A DNA stretch of 64,000 nucleotides from positions 32,001 through 96,000 of IMG/VR virus record IMGVR_UViG_3300031673_008942. One strand, written 5' to 3'. Position 1 is the stretch's first letter; each line of letters opens with the position of its first letter. Shown here piece by piece: positions 18,521 to 29,316 of this stretch. The DNA is from a virus. The notes beneath the pieces are model-generated. The model did not search any database. It saw only the letters and a program-made list of their open reading frames with translations, and had not been told where the DNA came from. The position numbers and the translations under genes were made by a program.

Positions 18521-21051
18521 TGAGCAATCCAGTAGCGACAATCGGTAATTCAATTGTAGGACCTTCTGACCCTCAGGTGATTCGGAAGCAGTTCACTCGT
18601 ATTGTGTATGACCAACAAGATTTCTTTGTCTATGCACAAGGAGAATTTGACCCAACTTATACTACATTCGACCCTACCGAGTTGGGTGAGCGATTCTTTA
18701 TTTTTGTTCCTTTGTTGGATGCCTTGGATGGCAATAGTCCTGTTAAGCCTGATTTTGTGACTCAGGAGAGTTGGGATGATACGGTTCAGAATTCTGCAAG
18801 TGGTTTTGTAACTGCTGTAAACTCGATAATGCCCAAATTGATGGTTCCTTCTGAGATTTTGGTTGATAATGGTTTTGATAGTAGTGGGGCATTAAATAGT
18901 GTTTTTTGGGCAGAGGTTCAAAAGGGTACAAATGTTGGAAAAAATCTTTTCAATTGGACGATGACAGATATTAATGGTGGCGGAAGCCCTGGTACAGCAT
19001 TCTATGAAAACGTTCAGACTGGTGCATTTTGGGGTTCTCAGTATGTTTCCGTTAAGCAGAAAGATGATGAGACAAATGCCAATACAACTACAGTAGAATT
19101 GGTAAATCCTACTGACCCACCTGTTGGTGATTGGTTGGCATCAGATAGCAGTGATTTGGTTGTAGGAGGGGCGTTTATCTTGATGTTGAATGTAGTCCCT
19201 CAAAGACCTGGTACAGCAGACCCTAGCGATGTCCAAGATAACCCATGGAGCATCAAGCTTGAGTTTGGAGAGGTGACATTGGACTTATCTGAGACTGGAG
19301 CTTTAAAGGCTGCTATTGGTGGGTTAGAGGATAATACAATTACTGCCAACCTATCGGAGGGTAAGACTAAGGAAGGTCCTCCTCAGCAACAACATATTGA
19401 TGATAAGTCTCCATTTATTATTCAGGTGTATCCAGTTTGGAATGGTATTGTGATTCAGAGTGGGGTTCAGGATAGTATTGCCAATGTAAAGCCTGCGAGT
19501 GTTTATGTTCCGAAGTTAAAGGCTCCAAGTGTCTTGAATCCTCCCTATAGCAGTGGTTTTGACCCTACTGCTCCAGCCGAGGTTGAGGTAGGTGTTGGTT
19601 CAGGAGCGACATTGGTGACGGTAGATTTTGGCAGTACTCTTACGATGACTGCAAAGAATTGTCGTTATGACTTTTCTTATCAGCCTTTATTTTTCAGTAA
19701 TCAATGTTGGTTTGATGAGTTTTTTGTTGGGTCTGATGACCAAGGTGGTGTGGTTTCTTATGCTTATTCTGTTTATCCGATTTGGACTGCAAATGGCACA
19801 GCGGCGGTGTTGAGTCCTACTCCTGTGGTTACTCAATCGACTTTTTCAGGACCGTTGCCAGATACTTCTTATTTTTATATAAACTGGCGTTTAACAGAGA
19901 CTGCTCATAGTCGATTTGCTGGTGAGATATTTGGAAGCATTTTAGAGGTGGCTGAAACTCGTGAGTTCCCCATTAAGAATGGTAATGGTAGTTTTGATTT
20001 AACATGGACAGGAGGTACGGCGGGAGACCCTTCCCCAACGGGTGATTGGGTTGATTACATTCAAAGCATTTCTATCTCTATTACTACGGATGGTAGTAGT
20101 GGACAAATAGTTGTTGATAAGTTTGGGGTTGCCGGTCAGGATGCGATTGCTACTCAAGATATTGGGGCAATTACAATAAGTTGTTCAGGAGCGGAGGGAA
20201 CCGTTGGAGGTTCTCTTTTCCAAGGATTAGCACAAGGTATATCTGAAACCAAATCCTCAGATGGGGCGACTTGGACTATCCCTCTTATTGGGTTGGAGAA
20301 GAAGCTTGATGATATTGCTTTAATCAATGTTCCATTTTTTGATGGGGAGAAGCTTTCTACTACTTTTGATTTCATGACTCGTTATGCAGGTATTGTGGAT
20401 GACCAGAGTGGCTCTCCAAGCGCTGGCTCAATTCAACTTTCTGTATCTCAAGATGTTAACGTGGCTCGTTTTGATTGGAAGTCGGGTACGAGTGTGAGAG
20501 CGGCCTTAGATGATATTATGGTAGATACTCAGCAGGGTTTTACGGTTTGGGATGGTAAAGTATTTTTATGGAATTTGGGGACGGATGGTTTGCCGACTTC
20601 TTTGGGTCCAGACCAGTCGGGGGCTTATCCTGATACAAAGATGGTATTGGAAGACCAGACTCCTGATTTTGATGATGTAAGAAATGAAATTGTAGTAATT
20701 GCACTACAAGCGATTTCTGATGGCAAGGGGTCTCAGATTGAGGATATCCCAACGATTCCTCGTTTCGAGACTCGTCAAACTACTACTACTCCTGATATTC
20801 CATGGGCAAAATCCCTTGTGCAACCATTGCCTGGGTTTTTAACTCAGTCGGAGATGAGCGATATTGCCGATAGGTTACAGAATGCTACTAAGGCTTACAC
20901 GATTATTGGTAGAACGACGATTGCGGGAAATGCTGATATTAGACCTTATGATAGATGGGGCAGTTTCATTATTTATAGTGTAAGCCATAATATAGATTTC
21001 CAGGCAAAGAGTTGGACAACAGATTTAGAATTTAGAACATCAACATCATAG
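18520..21051 (+). CDS. Baseplate hub / tail tip protein
   Basis: 843 aa following the tape measure; C-terminal hub-like pattern (RNEIVV...IAGNADIRPYD...VSHNID...WTTDLEF). Confidence 0.6.
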   Translation: MSNPVATIGNSIVGPSDPQVIRKQFTRIVYDQQDFFVYAQGEFDPTYTTFDPTELGERFFIFVPLLDALDGNSPVKPDFVTQESWDDTVQNSASGFVTAVNSIMPKLMVPSEILVDNGFDSSGALNSVFWAEVQKGTNVGKNLFNWTMTDINGGGSPGTAFYENVQTGAFWGSQYVSVKQKDDETNANTTTVELVNPTDPPVGDWLASDSSDLVVGGAFILMLNVVPQRPGTADPSDVQDNPWSIKLEFGEVTLDLSETGALKAAIGGLEDNTITANLSEGKTKEGPPQQQHIDDKSPFIIQVYPVWNGIVIQSGVQDSIANVKPASVYVPKLKAPSVLNPPYSSGFDPTAPAEVEVGVGSGATLVTVDFGSTLTMTAKNCRYDFSYQPLFFSNQCWFDEFFVGSDDQGGVVSYAYSVYPIWTANGTAAVLSPTPVVTQSTFSGPLPDTSYFYINWRLTETAHSRFAGEIFGSILEVAETREFPIKNGNGSFDLTWTGGTAGDPSPTGDWVDYIQSISISITTDGSSGQIVVDKFGVAGQDAIATQDIGAITISCSGAEGTVGGSLFQGLAQGISETKSSDGATWTIPLIGLEKKLDDIALINVPFFDGEKLSTTFDFMTRYAGIVDDQSGSPSAGSIQLSVSQDVNVARFDWKSGTSVRAALDDIMVDTQQGFTVWDGKVFLWNLGTDGLPTSLGPDQSGAYPDTKMVLEDQTPDFDDVRNEIVVIALQAISDGKGSQIEDIPTIPRFETRQTTTTPDIPWAKSLVQPLPGFLTQSEMSDIADRLQNATKAYTIIGRTTIAGNADIRPYDRWGSFIIYSVSHNIDFQAKSWTTDLEFRTSTS

Positions 21052-21061
21052 AGGTGATATT

Positions 21062-21256
21062 ATGAGCACATCAAGAACATGGTTTCAAAAAAATGCTAAT
21101 CAGAATATGACTGCAAATTTGTCAAAGCTTCCGACCCTAGCAATGACAGGGCATTCCGCAGGTGCCAATCCTAATAATACCAATAAAGACAAGAATGGAA
21201 ATAATGCTTTTGTGGTCGGTAAAACAGTAGTTGGAGGAGAGGAGGTTATCGGATGA
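21062..21256 (+). CDS. Small hypothetical tail-region protein
   Basis: GAGGTG RBS; overlaps next gene by ATGA. Confidence 0.55.
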   Translation: MSTSRTWFQKNANQNMTANLSKLPTLAMTGHSAGANPNNTNKDKNGNNAFVVGKTVVGGEEVIG

Positions 21257-22161
21257 AAGCTTATAAGCAACGTACAAAATATTTGAACATCCCCGTAGTC
21301 GGTCTTGGAGATAGGATAGAGCCTTCCCAAGAATTGAAGAAGTATCAAATAATTGAAAATATGCTAATTGCCGGAACTCAGGGTGTGCAGTGTGTGGTTT
21401 TTGATGATGGTGATTATTCTTTAGAGAAGGAAACTGATACAACTTATAAGGTGTCATGCCAGGCAACTGGTACGATGCCATGTGCTATTGGGATGGTTAA
21501 TGGTGCTTACTTTAACGCTCATAGTAGAATTACATGGGAAGGTTTGAAGAAAGGTGTTCAGAACTGGCTCTATGTGAGAGGGTATGCTAAGACCTTTGAG
21601 GACTGTACTTATATTAAGACAACTTCTTCAATTAGGGATTTGGGTTCTAAGAAGACTCATTTGTTGATGGCTTATGTTGATTTACGAGAAGAGAGTCCTG
21701 TTTTAAATGTGTACCCTGATGGAAAAGTTTATTCTGATGATGTGGCACGACATGCTTTGGATAATACTAACCCCCATGGGCGTAAGTTGATTCAAGATGA
21801 ATTGATTATTAATAAGAATCTTCAGCTTGGGGATGAGGAGCATACTCCAGTTGTTTCTATTTTTACTGGTGGAGAGAAGAGGGAGTTTGCGATAGATGCG
21901 GTTGCATCTGCGGTTTCTTCTTTGGCGGGACAGAGGGCAATCTTCTTGGATTTTGAGACAGGAGGAACGGAGGGTATCCTGCTCTCGGTTGAAGATGGTT
22001 TGAAGGTTATATTTGCTCATCCTCAGGGCCCTTCTTTTTCTGGAGAATTTACTGTTGGCTATGAAAATTCTGATGAGAAAGTTGATAAGAGTAATGAGGT
22101 GATGGTGTATAATAGTGGGGGCACTAAAGAAAAAGCACGTATCATGATAATTTGTGGATAA
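21253..22161 (+). CDS. Putative tail/baseplate protein (fibre attachment)
   Basis: GGAGG RBS; H.LD.TNPH motif common in phage tail-fibre proteins. Confidence 0.5.
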   Translation: MKAYKQRTKYLNIPVVGLGDRIEPSQELKKYQIIENMLIAGTQGVQCVVFDDGDYSLEKETDTTYKVSCQATGTMPCAIGMVNGAYFNAHSRITWEGLKKGVQNWLYVRGYAKTFEDCTYIKTTSSIRDLGSKKTHLLMAYVDLREESPVLNVYPDGKVYSDDVARHALDNTNPHGRKLIQDELIINKNLQLGDEEHTPVVSIFTGGEKREFAIDAVASAVSSLAGQRAIFLDFETGGTEGILLSVEDGLKVIFAHPQGPSFSGEFTVGYENSDEKVDKSNEVMVYNSGGTKEKARIMIICG

Positions 22162-22164
22162 TCT

Positions 22165-24912
22165 ATGGCAAACGATGGTACCGACAAAAAGAATTTAGAA
22201 TATAATAAATTTTTCCATGTTTCTCGACATATTGAACCAGTAATTGTCAAGGACAGGGATGTTGTTGCATTCTGGCCAGATACTGTGTGGTTTGATGCTA
22301 CGAGTGGAATAAATATTTGGCGTGATTCCACTAAGTCACGAGTGGTATATTCGGGTACTCCAACAACAATCGAAGAGAGTGAAAGAACATTGATGTGGGG
22401 GCGTGTAGGGGAGGGTGGAGATTTGGTTTCGGGGTGGAGGTGGGTCCCCTATGTTCCAAGCCTAGATGCAGATGAGAATGACCTTCTTCCTCTGAGGGAG
22501 GTTTATGCTCCAAGAGTAGTTTATGATAGGACTTCTAATACTATTCATTTATGGTTTTGGACGAATGTTAAGTATGGTTATAATGGGGATGAGTATGACC
22601 CTGACCAGATTTATTATATTGGTGTCCAGGATTACTTACCTGCGATTAAATCAAAGACGGCTCCAGAAGAGGCGGCCAAGAGGGTGCTTTGCTATGCGGT
22701 AGGGCAGTTTGGCCATTACTATATGGAAGGCGGTTTTGTAAGTGGTTTTCAAGGAGTGCAGGGGAACAAGGGTACTACACAAAATGCTGTAAATGATTTG
22801 GTGCCGATTTTCACTCTTCCCAAGATTATTAATAAAGATACAAGCGGAGGCACAGTTGGGCAGGGGATTATAACTGATGGGTGGTATCTTCCAACGGGTG
22901 CTTCAGGAAGCAGTGGGGCAACGGGATGTGATGGGTGCGAGTATGCTCCATTGTATGAGATTTCATGTGGGGCAGAGACCATTGAATTTTTGGCAGGTGT
23001 TTCAAGAGGAACGGAGGGATGTTGGGCAGTTGATGAGCCAGTTTGTGTAAATGTTCCCAAACCTGAGGGTGTTGATGCAGGGGCATGTTATCCAAAGCAG
23101 TTTCAAGGAAAGGTCACAGAGCTTCAACAAAGAACGGTTGGAGGGAGTCCCTATAATGGGGTTATTGTTAGTTTTGATGGGAATGTAGAATTTGATTGTT
23201 GCACTGAATGGGCTAGTGAGTTTGAATATGCCAATGGTGCAATGGGAATACAAGATGCCTCTAAGTGGACTTTTTGTCATGGGATTTGTCCTCCAGCAGG
23301 TCCAACGGGTTTCCAGGGATTTCAAGGCTTCCAGGGCTTCCAGGGATTTCAGGGTTTTCAGGGATTCCAGGGATTCCAGGGTTTCCAAGGCTTCCAAGGC
23401 TTCCAGGGTTTTCAAGGTTTTCAAGGGTTTCAGGGACCTCAAGGGAATCAAGGATGGCAGGGACCTTCTGGTGGACCGGTTGGTCCAACGGGGGGTGTCG
23501 GAGGAACTGGAATCCAAGGCTTCCAAGGGGCTCAGGGTTGGCAGGGCGTTCAGGGATTCCAAGGGCCGCAAGGCTTCCAAGGTCCACAGGGTTTTCAAGG
23601 TCCACAGGGTTTCCAAGGTCCACAGGGTTTCCAAGGGCCACAGGGTTTCCAAGGATTTCAAGGACCACAGGGGTTTCAAGGGCCTCAAGGTTTTCAAGGT
23701 CTACAGGGTTTCCAAGGTCCACAGGGTTTCCAAGGGTTTCAAGGACCACAGGGGCTTCAAGGACCTCAAGGGTTTCAAGGACCTCAGGGGTCTCAAGGCG
23801 ATGAGGGGACAGATGGAACAGACGGAGCTTCGGGGAGCCAAGGACCTCAGGGGCCACAAGGGGCCGGAGCTATTGGTTCTCAAGTTACATTTACAGTTGT
23901 TACAAATACTGATTATACAGACCCTACTTTTAAGCAAACTAAAAGACAAGTAACTGTTAATGGTATCTTAGGAGCCGAAGCAGAGACTACTGTATTTACG
24001 GCTGAGGATTGCGATGATGGACCGGGAGGGGGAGCTCAAGGTCCTCAAGGTCCGGCTGGGCTTCAGGGTTTTCAAGGTCATAAGGGTGATGATGGGGATG
24101 ATGGGGATGAAGGTCCTCAAGGCGATGATGGTTCTAATGGGACTAATGGTGAAGATGGTGCGACAGGAACAACTGGTCCTCAGGGAGTTCAGGGTTTTCA
24201 GGGTTTTCATGGTTTTCAGGGTTTTCAGGGACTTCAAGGCTATCAAGGCTATCAAGGGTTTCAAGGGTTTCAGGGTGGTCAAGGGTTTCAAGGATTACAG
24301 GGTGCAAGCGAATCTGAGCAGACAATTACTTTTGTCACTGATAGTGAATTCAATTCAGGCAATGGTTCATTCGTCAATACTTTCAGGCAGATTACCTTTC
24401 AGGGAAGTTTGGGTTCAACCGGCTCCGATATTGTTTTTCAAGCTACGGGCTGTGCTCTTATAATCACTGGGGCTCAAGGATTAGCCGGTTCTGATGGCTC
24501 TAATGGAGTGCAGGGAAGCCAAGGTTCTGATGGTTCTGATGGTTCTGATGGTTCTGATGGAAACCAGGGTTTTCAGGGATTTCAGGGATTTCATGGGGTT
24601 CAGGGACCAACAGCTTGTAATATGCCTAAGTTGATTACGGCAGGGCATTCTCCTTATAGTGCTCAATTTGGCGAATACTTGCTTGTAGATTCTACCGATA
24701 ATTTAATAACTGTTAATTTGCCTACTCCAATCGCTGTTGGGGATTGTCCTCTTATGATGGTAGACCCAACAAGTAGTTGGAAGGTTAATGCGATTAATGT
24801 TGGAAGAAATGGTAACACAATCGGAGGTTTGTCTCAAGATGATACTCTTACGGGGGTTCAATGGACTGAATATGTTCCTGTAAGTACTTCGGATTGGAGG
24901 AAGAGAGATTAA
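22165..24912 (+). CDS. Collagen-like tail fibre (Gly-X-Gln triplets interrupted by repeated globular modules)
   Basis: Long (GFQ)n and (GFQGPQ)n runs; C-terminal YLLVDST..ITVNLP...VGD fibre domain. Confidence 0.8.
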   Translation: MANDGTDKKNLEYNKFFHVSRHIEPVIVKDRDVVAFWPDTVWFDATSGINIWRDSTKSRVVYSGTPTTIEESERTLMWGRVGEGGDLVSGWRWVPYVPSLDADENDLLPLREVYAPRVVYDRTSNTIHLWFWTNVKYGYNGDEYDPDQIYYIGVQDYLPAIKSKTAPEEAAKRVLCYAVGQFGHYYMEGGFVSGFQGVQGNKGTTQNAVNDLVPIFTLPKIINKDTSGGTVGQGIITDGWYLPTGASGSSGATGCDGCEYAPLYEISCGAETIEFLAGVSRGTEGCWAVDEPVCVNVPKPEGVDAGACYPKQFQGKVTELQQRTVGGSPYNGVIVSFDGNVEFDCCTEWASEFEYANGAMGIQDASKWTFCHGICPPAGPTGFQGFQGFQGFQGFQGFQGFQGFQGFQGFQGFQGFQGFQGFQGPQGNQGWQGPSGGPVGPTGGVGGTGIQGFQGAQGWQGVQGFQGPQGFQGPQGFQGPQGFQGPQGFQGPQGFQGFQGPQGFQGPQGFQGLQGFQGPQGFQGFQGPQGLQGPQGFQGPQGSQGDEGTDGTDGASGSQGPQGPQGAGAIGSQVTFTVVTNTDYTDPTFKQTKRQVTVNGILGAEAETTVFTAEDCDDGPGGGAQGPQGPAGLQGFQGHKGDDGDDGDEGPQGDDGSNGTNGEDGATGTTGPQGVQGFQGFHGFQGFQGLQGYQGYQGFQGFQGGQGFQGLQGASESEQTITFVTDSEFNSGNGSFVNTFRQITFQGSLGSTGSDIVFQATGCALIITGAQGLAGSDGSNGVQGSQGSDGSDGSDGSDGNQGFQGFQGFHGVQGPTACNMPKLITAGHSPYSAQFGEYLLVDSTDNLITVNLPTPIAVGDCPLMMVDPTSSWKVNAINVGRNGNTIGGLSQDDTLTGVQWTEYVPVSTSDWRKRD
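23308..23433 (+). repeat. Coding 9-bp tandem repeat, (GGN TTY CAR) x14 = (Gly-Phe-Gln)14
   Basis: Directly visible; synonymous positions vary between units. Confidence 0.9.
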
Positions 24913-25293
24913 ATGGATTTTTTTGAATCATGGATTTGTAAGAGTAGGCGAGAATGTAAGAAATGTAGATTGTCTCGTGAGTATAGAATAGATGTAATAA
25001 AGAAATTTGATAATCCTGAAGAGATTGATTTTGAATGTCCTTTGGGGAAGTCAGCGGATGACTATGCAACAACGTCTAAAATGGCATTTGGAGTGGCACA
25101 GGCAGCAGGTCGTACAGTTAAGGCGATTGCAACAGGAAAAAATGCTGTAGTGAATGATGAAGAAAAAAGAAGAAGACTTTCTATTTGTGGAGAGTGTGAA
25201 TTTTATAAGAGTGGAAAGTGTGAGGCATGTGGTTGTTTTGTTAACTTCAAAGCCAGATTGGCAACGGAACATTGTATAAAAGGTAAATGGTAA
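24913..25293 (+). CDS. Cys-rich small protein (DUF6171-like C-terminal metal-binding domain)
   Basis: CxxxxxCxxC...CP.GK and RLSICGECEF...CEACGCF...K......HC..GKW. Confidence 0.6.
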   Translation: MDFFESWICKSRRECKKCRLSREYRIDVIKKFDNPEEIDFECPLGKSADDYATTSKMAFGVAQAAGRTVKAIATGKNAVVNDEEKRRRLSICGECEFYKSGKCEACGCFVNFKARLATEHCIKGKW

Positions 25294-25323
25294 AAGGTAA
25301 AAGGTAAAAGGTAAAAGGTAAAA
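25282..25323 (+). repeat. Heptamer tandem repeat GGTAAAA x5 (plus one GGTAAAT) filling the intergenic gap
   Basis: Directly visible, 25289-25323. Confidence 0.9.
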
Positions 25324-27029
25324 TGGGTATATCTGCATCAGTTATTGTAAAAAATGAGGAAGAAGTTCTTCCAAGAATGTTGGAATGTGTAAGCAAATGG
25401 GCAGATGAAATAGTAATCGTTGATACGGGCTCAACTGATAGAACCGTAGAGATTGCTCAGGCTCATCCGAAAGTGAGGTTTTTCTATAGTAATTTTTTTA
25501 ATAAGGATACTGATATTTCTGATTTCCAATTTAATGTAGCTAAGAATGAAGCCATTGATAGGTGTAGGGAGGATTGGATTTGTTGGTGGGATGCTGATGA
25601 TTTTATTGATGATGAGAATGCTTTTAAGATAAAGTCTCTGGCTCAAGGGGCACCAATTGCTCCTTCTTTATATACATTTGAGATGAGGTTTGAAGGGATG
25701 ATTTTTGAGCATTGTCGTCTTTTTATGAATGGTTATAATATTCGATTTGATGAGCATCATTCATGTCATGAATATTTAAATACATTGGGTCATCCTCATC
25801 ACCATCGACGGGATATTGTGATTCAGCATCGACCTGGTAAAAATCATAGTAATAGTGCCACAAGGAATCTTAGTATTCTGGAGAAGGATTATTATAAAAG
25901 AGGGTATGATGACCAGAGAACATTGTTTTATTTGGCAAATAGTTATAGGGAAAGCGGTAAGCCGGAGAATGCTATTGGATTTTATGATAAGTATTTGAAG
26001 ATAAGCCAATGGCCAGAGGAGCGATTTTTTGCGAGACTTTATAAGGGCGGTTGTTTCCGAGCTCTTAATAAGCAAGTGGATGCTAGAAGGGAGTATTTAC
26101 TTTGTTTGATTGAGGATTTTCGTTTTGCGGAGCCTTATGCCATGTTGGGGGATATCTCTTTAACGGAGGGGGATTTAAATCGTGCTGAACACTGGTATAA
26201 GATGGCCTTGGCAACACCATTCCCTACTGATTCCAGGCTATTTGCTGTGGGTCAAATGTATGATTCTTATCCCAAGGGGCAATTGGAGTTGGTTTACAAA
26301 AAGCGAGGAGATAAGCCTTCTGAACCAAATGTTCCAAATCCTTATGGAGTGTCTCCGAAAGATAATTCAGTGTCTGATTCTCGCCCTGTGGTGAAATATG
26401 ACCTTCCTGAGGATAGGCGTGAGATGTTTCTGGCATTATCGGCTTTTGAGATATTGAGTGCGTGTAACGGGGTGTTGGTGGAGGTGGTATGTCCTGATGA
26501 GTTTTCTAAAGAGATTGCTGAAAGGGCATCATGCGTGAAGGTCTCTCAAGGAGAGGGCATGAAAGTCGGATTGCCTACAGATTTGAAAGATAAACATGGT
26601 GTGGAGTGGATGTGTCGGTCGGCAGGAATGGTGCCGAAGGGTATAGGTTCATTCTCATTGAATGGTAAATGTGCCCCAACTAAGAATAAGGTAGTAATTC
26701 AGCGTGGTCCTCAATGGGGGGAGGAAAATTGGAATCAATTACGAAATGAATTGCAAGATGTTAATATTGTTGATGTTACTGGTCGAGATGGGAGTTCGGT
26801 TGTTCACGAGATGGAGGATGCTCATTTGTTTGTGTGTGAGGGGGATTGGGGGCAACATTTGTCTAAAGCGATGGGTGTAGATACGGTGGTTCTATGGGGC
26901 GATTCTATGCCAGAGCAGAATGGATGGTTTGACCAAGAGAATATGGTTCATCCAAGAAATGGTAAATTAAATCTTATATCTCCCTCTTCTATAAAAGACT
27001 GTATTGAAAGGAGGTTGGATTATGCCTAG
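25323..27029 (+). CDS. Glycosyltransferase: GT2 + TPR + C-terminal GT9-like domain
   Basis: IVKNEE...DEIVIVDTGSTDRTVEIA, WDADD (DxD), TPR helices (FYLANSYRE...), C-terminal HLSKAMGVDTVVLWG. Confidence 0.85.
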   Translation: MGISASVIVKNEEEVLPRMLECVSKWADEIVIVDTGSTDRTVEIAQAHPKVRFFYSNFFNKDTDISDFQFNVAKNEAIDRCREDWICWWDADDFIDDENAFKIKSLAQGAPIAPSLYTFEMRFEGMIFEHCRLFMNGYNIRFDEHHSCHEYLNTLGHPHHHRRDIVIQHRPGKNHSNSATRNLSILEKDYYKRGYDDQRTLFYLANSYRESGKPENAIGFYDKYLKISQWPEERFFARLYKGGCFRALNKQVDARREYLLCLIEDFRFAEPYAMLGDISLTEGDLNRAEHWYKMALATPFPTDSRLFAVGQMYDSYPKGQLELVYKKRGDKPSEPNVPNPYGVSPKDNSVSDSRPVVKYDLPEDRREMFLALSAFEILSACNGVLVEVVCPDEFSKEIAERASCVKVSQGEGMKVGLPTDLKDKHGVEWMCRSAGMVPKGIGSFSLNGKCAPTKNKVVIQRGPQWGEENWNQLRNELQDVNIVDVTGRDGSSVVHEMEDAHLFVCEGDWGQHLSKAMGVDTVVLWGDSMPEQNGWFDQENMVHPRNGKLNLISPSSIKDCIERRLDYA

Positions 27030-27138
27030 TTTAGCGTTTTACAATAATACGCCACAGCCAGTGTGTGATTTTATAGGTATTTTGATAGCAGAGACAAAAC
27101 TTTGTGGAATAATAAATAACTGTTCAAGGAGGCAACCG

Positions 27139-27489
27139 ATGCCATATACGCCTATTGATTTATATAAGGACAATGATAGAAGGTTACGAGTTTTCATTAA
27201 AGATGGTAATCTGAATGTTGTTGATGTAACGAATGCTGTTGGAATTTTTACTGTTAAGGATACCAAAGAAGATGCTATCATATTTCAGAAGAGTACTGCG
27301 GTTCCATCTGAGGGGGCGATTGGTTCTGGAGATGAGGGGGAAATGTTTTTCTATATTGTCCCTTCGGACACCACTTCTTTGACTGGGGGAGGTCAATATG
27401 TATATGATGTTCAGGTTACATTGGATACGGGATTGGTCTATACCACGGTAGAGGGTGTTATCAATCTTCTTCAGCCGGTTAATCCTTAA
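27139..27489 (+). CDS. BppU-like (baseplate upper / Ig-like) small virion protein
   Basis: AAGGAGG RBS before ATG 27139; D.T.A...FTVK...I.PSDT..L..G.YVYDVQV...TVEG pattern. Confidence 0.6.
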   Translation: MPYTPIDLYKDNDRRLRVFIKDGNLNVVDVTNAVGIFTVKDTKEDAIIFQKSTAVPSEGAIGSGDEGEMFFYIVPSDTTSLTGGGQYVYDVQVTLDTGLVYTTVEGVINLLQPVNP

Positions 27490-27513
27490 ATTTTACTCCA
27501 ATTGATTAATTTT

Positions 27514-27552
27514 AAAGAGCGTTTAGGGGTATAATTCCTTAGACGCTCTTTT
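27514..27552 (+). terminator. Probable intrinsic terminator ending the structural module (TATAAT in loop)
   Basis: AAAGAGCGTTTAGGG / CCTTAGACGCTCTTT stem (G-U pairs) followed by a T-rich tract. Confidence 0.65.
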
Positions 27553-27570
27553 ATTTAAATTCGGGATTGT

Positions 27571-29316
27571 ATGGCATATTTTAAGATTGACAAGGGTTTG
27601 ATTAAGTTTCATGACGTATACAAGGTGAGGCGGAAGATTCAGGAGGTCGGCGGGGTTTTCCGTGCTGATGAGAGTGTGTGGGTTCTCGCTTTTACCATAG
27701 AGAATTTAGAATTTGTTATTGATGAGATTCCTAATCTTTTTGTGCCAGACGGAATTGATGAGCTTGTTATTAATCAGCAGAAGAAAGAGAGGAAGCTTAC
27801 TGAACTTAAGAAGGCTGCCAAGGATAATATCGAGATAAGACTGAAGATTCCTGGATTAAAGGCTATTTTGTATCCCTATCAGAAAATGGGAGTGATGTAT
27901 AGCCTTGTTAGTGGAAGTGGTATGCTGATAGCAGATGAGATGGGTCTTGGGAAGTCTTTTCAAGCATTAGCATTGGCATTGATGTTAAAACATCAGGGAA
28001 GGGCAAAGAGCGCATTGTTGGTAACGCCTGCTTCTTTGAAGTTTAACTGGCCTTTAGAGATTGAGAAATTTACTGATGAAAAATACGTAGTGATTGATGG
28101 AACCCCGGAGCAACGTATTGCTCAGTGGTTGCGGAAAGATGTGTTTTTTTATGTGGTGAACTATGAATTACTTTTGGAGGATTTATTTGGTGGCAAGGAA
28201 CCAAAGGAAAAGGATGATGAAACTTCAGAGCAAAGAGTGCGAAGAGAGAAGAGGCAATCCAAAATAGCAAAAAGGGAACGGATACTTTCTCCTTTGAGGG
28301 ATAAAGTGTGGGATTTCATATCGGTAGATGAGATACATAATATAAAGAATCCTGGAAGTAAGCGAAGTAAGAATATTAAGAGTTTGAAGGGTGATTTTAG
28401 GATTGGCTTATCGGGCACTCCTTTGGATGGGAAGTTGGAAGAGTTGCATAGTGTTATGGAGTTTATTATGCCGGGATTATTGGGAAGCCGAACTCGTTTT
28501 CTTCAGAAGCATGCTGTTACTAATTGGAGTGGGGATGTTGTTTCCTATAAGAATATAAATGAGGTTAGTGAGAAGATTGCTCCTTTCTTTATTAGGAGGC
28601 TGAAGAAGAATGTTTTGAAAGACCTGCCTGACAAGATATATGAGAATAGGATTATTGAGTTAAGCCCGGCTGAGAGAAAAATATATAATGATATTAAGAA
28701 GAAGAGACATGAGATAACGGAAGATGCGGAGGCCATGGTTCTGACGATTAGGTGTAAGCAATTTCTGGACAGTCCTGAGTTAATTGAAGAGGAGGGTGAG
28801 TCTTCCAAATTAGAGTCGTTTAAGGAGGTAATTCAGGAAGTTGTTATAGAGAATATGCACAAGGTTATCATTTTCAGCCAGTATAAAAAGATGACTGATA
28901 TTCTTGTAAGAGTATTAGAAGAAATGGGTTTGAAGTGTCTTTACATTCATGGAGAAGTTCCTAAGGCTAAGAGAGCTCAGATGCAGGAGCAGTTTAATAC
29001 GGATGATTCAATTGACTGTATTATAGGGACGGAAGCGATGTCCACAGGGCTTAATTTTATTGGGGGCGATATCGTTATTAATTATGATGATAATTGGGCT
29101 CCTGCCATTATGCGTCAACGTGAAGACCGTGCTCACAGAATTGGTCAAAAGAATACAGTAACTGTAATAAATTTCATTTGTCGTGATACAATAGAAGAGC
29201 GTATTCGAGAGCGTCTCTATGAGAAGGAAATTGTCTCCAATGAAGTATTGGGGGATGGTTTAGATGAATATGTTTTAAAACGTTTAGGACCAAAAGATAT
29301 ATTAGGACTTTTATAA
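27571..29316 (+). CDS. SNF2-family helicase/ATPase
   Basis: LYPYQ, ADEMGLGKS, DEIH, LSGTPL, RRLKK, QREDRAHRIGQ. Confidence 0.92.
   Translation: MAYFKIDKGLIKFHDVYKVRRKIQEVGGVFRADESVWVLAFTIENLEFVIDEIPNLFVPDGIDELVINQQKKERKLTELKKAAKDNIEIRLKIPGLKAILYPYQKMGVMYSLVSGSGMLIADEMGLGKSFQALALALMLKHQGRAKSALLVTPASLKFNWPLEIEKFTDEKYVVIDGTPEQRIAQWLRKDVFFYVVNYELLLEDLFGGKEPKEKDDETSEQRVRREKRQSKIAKRERILSPLRDKVWDFISVDEIHNIKNPGSKRSKNIKSLKGDFRIGLSGTPLDGKLEELHSVMEFIMPGLLGSRTRFLQKHAVTNWSGDVVSYKNINEVSEKIAPFFIRRLKKNVLKDLPDKIYENRIIELSPAERKIYNDIKKKRHEITEDAEAMVLTIRCKQFLDSPELIEEEGESSKLESFKEVIQEVVIENMHKVIIFSQYKKMTDILVRVLEEMGLKCLYIHGEVPKAKRAQMQEQFNTDDSIDCIIGTEAMSTGLNFIGGDIVINYDDNWAPAIMRQREDRAHRIGQKNTVTVINFICRDTIEERIRERLYEKEIVSNEVLGDGLDEYVLKRLGPKDILGLL

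Noticed and set aside
23002-24666. Long alternative-frame and minus-strand ORFs over the collagen region
   Set aside because: By-products of the stop-poor 9-bp repeat; no RBS and low-complexity translations
23308-25323. Repeats as a possible CRISPR array or DGR template/variable pair
   Set aside because: Units are 7-9 bp tandem repeats without spacers; no cas or reverse transcriptase gene and no adenine-specific mismatch pair seen
27004-27138. N-terminal 45 codons of the ORF-track call 27004..27489
   Set aside because: A strong AAGGAGG RBS precedes ATG 27139; the upstream part looks like AT-rich intergenic sequence
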